Shown piece after piece: positions 59,640 through 64,000 of a DNA stretch of 64,000 nt (its first letter is position 1; each line of letters opens with the position of its first letter). Source of the stretch: Candidatus Eisenbacteria bacterium RBG_16_71_46. Its GTDB lineage: Bacteria > Eisenbacteria > RBG-16-71-46. The DNA lies in assembly GCA_001780165.1 (NCBI GenBank), contig MFFQ01000079.1, positions 2,348-66,347 on the forward strand. The letters run 5' to 3'. The translations under genes and the position numbers were made by a program. Under the pieces are notes generated by a model. That model did not search any database and was not told the DNA's origin. It worked only from the letters and a program-made list of their open reading frames with translations.

Positions 59640-61978
59640 CGCGTGGCCCCTCCGAAGAAGTCGAACTGGAACCGCCAGATGCGGTCGCCTGCTTCGTCCA
59701 GTGGCCGCGCCCAGGTCACCGACGCACTGGTCGGGAAGAAGACCGCGCGGCCCTGCCCGATGAACAGGCCGGCGCCCAGCGCCAGGTCCTCGCGGAGCCG
59801 CGGGATCCCCTGCCGCTCGTCGCGCCGCCACGCGTGGCCCGCGTCGAACCCAGCGAAGAGCCGGAACTGCACTTCCTGCTCCGGAAGGCCGATCGGCACC
59901 AGGGAGAGCCGGGTGCGGGCGAGCAGGCTGCGATCGCCGCTGAAGCGCGCGTCGGCGAAACCCGGCAAGGTGCCCTTGCCCCCGACGTCAAACGACTCCT
60001 GCAAGGGCAGGCGACCGGTCGCGAGCCCCGCGCGCAGGCGCTGGTCGAGGTACAGGCGGCGGTGCAGGCGGAAGGACGGGGCGACGTTGATCTCCCAGCG
60101 CACGAAATCGCGATCGCCGCCCAGGGCCCCGCCCGCCGCGCGGACCTCGCCCTCCACGAACACGCGCTCCCACGTCCGCGGGCGGGTCCGCCGGTAGCGG
60201 TACGCCAGGGTGGTGGCGTGCAGGCGGCCACTCGCGACTCCGGCGACCGGATTCGGGCCGAAGTGGTCCCGCCCGAACAGGCTGGAGGTTTCGGCGTTGC
60301 GCAGCGGCGACTCGCGCACGAGGGCGAGCGTGAGCTCGGCCTCGTGCCCGGGGAAGCGCTCGAAGGTGGGTCGCCATCCGGCCGTCCATCCGCGCGTGTG
60401 GATGTAGCGCACGTGGTCTTCGCCCCACAGCATCGCGCTGGCGGTCGCCTCGGCGGTGTTGGAAAGCTCCTCGTGGTAGAAGGGCGTCGGCTGGTCGCGG
60501 TAGGTCACGAGCGGGATCCAAGGCGCCCGTCCGCTCACCGCGACAAGGTGGTGCCAGCGCTCGTCCGCCAGGCCATAGTCCCAGGCCCACCGGGCTCGCA
60601 ACGTCGCGTCCGACCGCGAGTCGACCTGGCTCAGGTGCAGCGTGAATCCCGCGCGCGGTGCAGGCGCCGGCGCGGCGCTCTCCGAAGCGTCGGGCTCCGC
60701 CGCCGCCACCGTCCGGTCCGCTCCACGCCCCGCCTCCCAGTAGAGCTCCGTCGTTCCCTTGACCCGCGGCCCCGTGACCTTGCTCCAGTAGAACGGCAAG
60801 GGAACGGGCGGCATCCGCCGCCGGGCCACGCTCGGCTGGAGCCACACCTCGGGCCGGAAGAGATTCGCCCCCAGGGTTCCCGGCCCCGCCGTCCCGGGCG
60901 CGATCTCGAAACCGAGCCCGCCGGGCCGTTCCCGCCTTGCACGCAGGGTGCCGAGCTGCGCGGCGCGCTCGAGCGTGACCTCTTCGGTCCCGCCCTGCCT
61001 GCGGGCCACCCGGAGGTTGGTCTGGTCGCCGGGCCGCAAGCCGGCGTAGACCCGATCGAATCCCTCGAGCGTGACGAGGGGCTCTCCGGCGATGCTCAAG
61101 ATGCGATCCCCGGGGCGAAGCGCCGCTTTCTCCGCCGGCGAGCCGGGCTCGACGCGGCGGATGAACAATCCCCCGGAATCGGCGCCGGTCACCGAGAGCG
61201 ACTCCGCTTCGATCAGGAGCGGGCTCATCTCCTCGAGCCGGAGCCCCGCCCACGGCCGGGCCGGCGACTGCGCCACATAGCGGACCGTTCGACTCGTGCC
61301 ATCGCCAACGAAGCGAAGCGTGATGTCGTCGCCCACGCGAAGCGGCTCGGTCTTCTGGCGAAGCTCGCGGGGCGATCGAACGCTGTCGTCGTTCACGGCC
61401 ACGATCGCCACGCCGCTTTGGAACCCCGCGCCGGCGAAGCCCGGCACCCCCCGTTGCGCCCAGACCACCACCGGCAGGCTGTCGGGCGCGGTCGAGCCGC
61501 GCGGCATCTGCGCGCGGATGTCCGGGCGGTCCACGAGCGGCGCCACCTCGAAGCCGAGGTCGCCGCGCGGCAACTCCTCCAGGGTCACCGACACCGCGTG
61601 CGTCTCCTGGCCGCGGCGAACCGTGAGCGGGAGCGAAGACGACGGTGGGTGTCTTCGGAGAATCGCGTCGAGGCCTCGCGGCGAGTAGATCGGCCGGCCG
61701 TCGGCGGAGACGATCAGATCCCCGACGCCGAGGCGCGCGCGTTCGGCCGGAGAGCCGGCGTCGAGCCCCACGATCGCGACCCCGGCATCGATCGAGCTCA
61801 GGGAGAGCCTGAGCCGGTCCGAGGACGAGAGGGAGGCGACCAGGGCCCCGAGGTAGCGTGGCGGTGTTCGGAAACCGCCAGCCGCGCCGGCGGCGGCAGG
61901 GGACCCCAGCACGACGAGCGGAATCGCCGCGTGCGCCACCAGCAGAGTCCGCAGGACCGTCGCGCGGCCGCGACCCAT
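59636..61978 (-). CDS. PDZ-domain (2 clear + 1 degenerate) protein fused to an Omp85/BamA-like C-terminal beta-barrel
   Basis: ATG at 61978 is followed by a signal peptide. The PDZ motifs are GVAIVGLDAGSPAERARLGVGDLIVSADGRPI and GLFIRRVEPGSPAEKAALRPGDRILSIAGEPL. The C-terminal ~330 aa carry FDVGGKGTLPGFADARFSGDRSLLARTRLSL. This parallels the Omp85 segment GG..(L/V)RG(Y/F)......GD......E.R. Confidence 0.7.
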   Translation of the reverse strand: MGRGRATVLRTLLVAHAAIPLVVLGSPAAAGAAGGFRTPPRYLGALVASLSSSDRLRLSLSSIDAGVAIVGLDAGSPAERARLGVGDLIVSADGRPIYSPRGLDAILRRHPPSSSLPLTVRRGQETHAVSVTLEELPRGDLGFEVAPLVDRPDIRAQMPRGSTAPDSLPVVVWAQRGVPGFAGAGFQSGVAIVAVNDDSVRSPRELRQKTEPLRVGDDITLRFVGDGTSRTVRYVAQSPARPWAGLRLEEMSPLLIEAESLSVTGADSGGLFIRRVEPGSPAEKAALRPGDRILSIAGEPLVTLEGFDRVYAGLRPGDQTNLRVARRQGGTEEVTLERAAQLGTLRARRERPGGLGFEIAPGTAGPGTLGANLFRPEVWLQPSVARRRMPPVPLPFYWSKVTGPRVKGTTELYWEAGRGADRTVAAAEPDASESAAPAPAPRAGFTLHLSQVDSRSDATLRARWAWDYGLADERWHHLVAVSGRAPWIPLVTYRDQPTPFYHEELSNTAEATASAMLWGEDHVRYIHTRGWTAGWRPTFERFPGHEAELTLALVRESPLRNAETSSLFGRDHFGPNPVAGVASGRLHATTLAYRYRRTRPRTWERVFVEGEVRAAGGALGGDRDFVRWEINVAPSFRLHRRLYLDQRLRAGLATGRLPLQESFDVGGKGTLPGFADARFSGDRSLLARTRLSLVPIGLPEQEVQFRLFAGFDAGHAWRRDERQGIPRLREDLALGAGLFIGQGRAVFFPTSASVTWARPLDEAGDRIWRFQFDFFGGATR

Positions 61979-62293
61979 CGATGATCCCTTCGCGTGCCGG
62001 GTCTCTTCGCCGCCGGAGCCTGCTCGGGCGGGTGGCCGCTTCCGCTCCGGCGCGCGGAGGCGACCGTGTCGACCCGGGAGTCTACACCCGGACCCAAGCG
62101 ACGGCATGGCGTCCGGATTCGCGTTGACCGCGGCGCGTGGCGTTGGCCGCTGCCCGAGCCGCGCGGGCGACGGATCGGCGGAACCGAAGCTCGGAACCGG
62201 AGTCTGGAGATGTGGAGAGCAAGACTACGTGACCGCTCTTGACACGACGATCTGTCGGCTTTCTCAGACGGCTCGTTCCGACGGCTCCTGGGC

Positions 62294-62590
62294 GTGCCTG
62301 CGCGCGTGGTCCTCGACCGTCAGGACCCGCGGGACCTGACCACAAGGGCATCGCTCCACGCGCAGGCGGAGATCAGCGCCTACCCGAACCATGGGCGCCG
62401 GCTCCTGATCCCGGGCTTCACCTACGAGACGTTCGGTGATGCGGACGCCGCGCTGATCGATCCCACGAGTTTGCAGAACGGCGCGCGCGAGAAGATCCAG
62501 ACGGCCCTTCTCGAGGGCCCTGTGGTCCTCGACAAGGCTTCGCGTTGGCCCCTGACGGTTCGGTCCACGGCCGCGCCCGAGGGGGAGTAG
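62294..62590 (+). CDS. hypothetical small protein (weak call)
   Basis: The 98 aa ORF has high third-position GC and a non-degenerate composition (ISAYPNHGRRLLIPGFTYETFGDADAALIDPTSLQNGAREKIQTALLEGPVVLDK). It has no recognisable RBS or family. A 7 bp hairpin (62669-62694) follows. Confidence 0.3.
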   Translation: MPARVVLDRQDPRDLTTRASLHAQAEISAYPNHGRRLLIPGFTYETFGDADAALIDPTSLQNGAREKIQTALLEGPVVLDKASRWPLTVRSTAAPEGE

Positions 62591-62854
62591 AACTGCCGGG
62601 CCCCGGGCCTAACGAGCCAAACTCGGTGTGTAGCCACGGCCGCAAGAGGACCACCGGCAAAGAGTCTGGCCGTCTCGCCCCCCCGGAAGACGGCTGCTCC
62701 TTCCCGGCCCCTCCGAAGGCGTTGGGCCGCGCTTGAATGAGTGGCGCCGCCCCCAGGCCCGCGGGCGTATGATCGGGGCCGGTGCGGCGGGCTCCCCCTC
62801 CTCGATACCCTGCCGTGGCCGTCCCGCCCGGCCCCGCAGTACTCGGAGGCCGTC

Positions 62855-64000
62855 ATGCAAGCCAAGTGGACGTCGCTCGGACTCGCGACGTGCTGCTGCG
62901 TCGCGTCCGTCCTCGGCGTGAGCCCCTCGTTGGCCCAGGGGCTCGAAGTGATCTTCCTTCCCCATTCCGACTACGCGGCCGGAGTCAACCCCTGGTCCGT
63001 GGCGATCGGAGATCTCAACGGCGACGCGAGGCAGGATCTCGTCGTCGCCAACACGGGCTCGGGAACGGCGTCGGTGTACCTCGGAAACGGGGACGGCTCC
63101 TTCGGTCTGAAAACCGATTTCCCGGTTGGCTCCACTCCGCTCGCGGTCGCGATCGGCGATTTCAACGCGGACTCCAAGCCCGATGTGGTGGCGGCGAACT
63201 ACGTCGCCTCCGCCACCGTTTCGGTGCTGCTCGGCAACGGCGATGGCACGCTCGCAGCGAAGAGCGATTTCGCGACGGGCAACTCACCCTCCCACGTGGC
63301 CATCGCCGACTTCAACGGGGACTCGCGTCCGGACCTCGTCACGACCAGCTACCAAGCCTCCGGCTACGTGTCCGTCCTGCTCGGGGCCGCAGCGGGGAAC
63401 TTCGGCTCCCCGACCAATCTCGCGGCGGGGAGCCGCCCACTGTGGGTGGCGGTTGCCGACCTCAACGCCGACGGCAAGTTGGACCTGGTGACGGCGAACT
63501 CCTCCTCGGCCAACGTGTCGGTCCTCCTCGGAAACGGTGACGGCACATTCGCACCCCAGAAGCAATTCCCTGCGGCGACCGGGGCCCGATCGGTGGCGAT
63601 CGGCGACCTCGATGGAGATGGGATTCCCGATCTGGCGGTGGCGAACCAGACGACCGCCACGGTGACGATCCACGTGGGCGACGGCACGGGCGAATTCAAC
63701 CCCGGTGCCGCCTACCCGACGGGGAGCGACCCGCGGTCCATCGCGATCGGCGACTTCAACCTCGACGGACGACTCGACCTGGTCGTCTCCAACTTCGGGA
63801 GCAGCACGGTCACCGTGTATCTCGGCTACGGAAATGGCACCTTCGCGTCCGGCGTCACGTTTTCCACGCTCGCGAACCCGGTGACGGTGGCCGTCGCGGA
63901 CCTGAACGGGGACGGCAAGCCGGACCTGGCGACGGCCAACGCCTCGGGCTCGATTTCGGTGCTGCTCAATCTCACCTCCACCGGGAGTCCCACGAACGTC
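62855..64000 (+). CDS. secreted FG-GAP/VCBS repeat protein (5' partial, runs off the window; absent from the ORF track)
   Basis: ATG at 62855 lies 6 nt after GGAGG. My manual translation is MQAKWTSLGLATCCCVASVLGVSPSLAQG... followed by at least 7 repeats of VAIGDLNGDxxxDLVxAN....xVSVLLGNGDGTF. The frame stays open for 382 codons to the window end. Confidence 0.85.
   Translation, partial: MQAKWTSLGLATCCCVASVLGVSPSLAQGLEVIFLPHSDYAAGVNPWSVAIGDLNGDARQDLVVANTGSGTASVYLGNGDGSFGLKTDFPVGSTPLAVAIGDFNADSKPDVVAANYVASATVSVLLGNGDGTLAAKSDFATGNSPSHVAIADFNGDSRPDLVTTSYQASGYVSVLLGAAAGNFGSPTNLAAGSRPLWVAVADLNADGKLDLVTANSSSANVSVLLGNGDGTFAPQKQFPAATGARSVAIGDLDGDGIPDLAVANQTTATVTIHVGDGTGEFNPGAAYPTGSDPRSIAIGDFNLDGRLDLVVSNFGSSTVTVYLGYGNGTFASGVTFSTLANPVTVAVADLNGDGKPDLATANASGSISVLLNLTSTGSPTNV

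Overview
A 64 kb, roughly 70% GC chromosomal segment from a diderm bacterium. Many secreted proteins end in FlgD-Ig/T9SS-type C-terminal domains and there are FG-GAP/ASPIC proteins. This suggests a Gemmatimonadota-like or FCB-related lineage, but that is inference only. No similarity searches were run. All family calls come from motifs I can read in the translations. About 48 protein genes are supportable. I recognised no rRNA, tRNA, CRISPR array, transposase or integrase.

Content from left to right:
1. A sugar ABC transporter: end of a possible binding protein, a MalF-type and a MalG-type permease, and a MalK-type ATPase 15 kb away.
2. Between those transporter genes, a large cell-surface/outer-membrane alpha-glucan locus. 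It holds three predicted beta-barrels (one fused to a CBM48 glycogen-binding module), three CBM48-type lipoproteins, a GH13 amylase with two CBM48 modules, and a CBM20-esterase.
3. DedA, an MBL-fold hydrolase and a DUF4114-like secreted protein.
4. The 2-oxoglutarate dehydrogenase operon sucA-sucB-lpdA.
5. An ABC-2 exporter pair.
6. An FG-GAP/ASPIC repeat protein.
7. A DUF4332 gene behind a near-consensus promoter and a ~380 nt leader.
8. A 20 kb run of genes all on the minus strand:
- an MdtABC-like RND pump;
- a radical SAM gene whose true C-terminus needs UGA read as selenocysteine (C-U-A-E-P tail, missed by the ORF track);
- NfuA-like and ATP-grasp genes;
- a VOC protein and egtB-egtD;
- a betaine/ergothioneine-type ABC transporter;
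- an NhaP antiporter and a creatininase-family protein.
9. A multicopper oxidase with a T9SS-type C-terminal domain.
10. A translationally coupled envelope operon: PDZ-Omp85-like barrel, DUF4390-like protein and HAMP-PP2C phosphatase.
11. A second FG-GAP protein running off the right edge.

The most interesting items are the selenocysteine recoding and its unexplained gene neighbourhood, the non-Sus/non-LamB alpha-glucan outer-membrane module, the PDZ-barrel signalling operon, and a short shared C-terminal tail ([ST][WF]G.[VL]K.LYR) on two secreted proteins.
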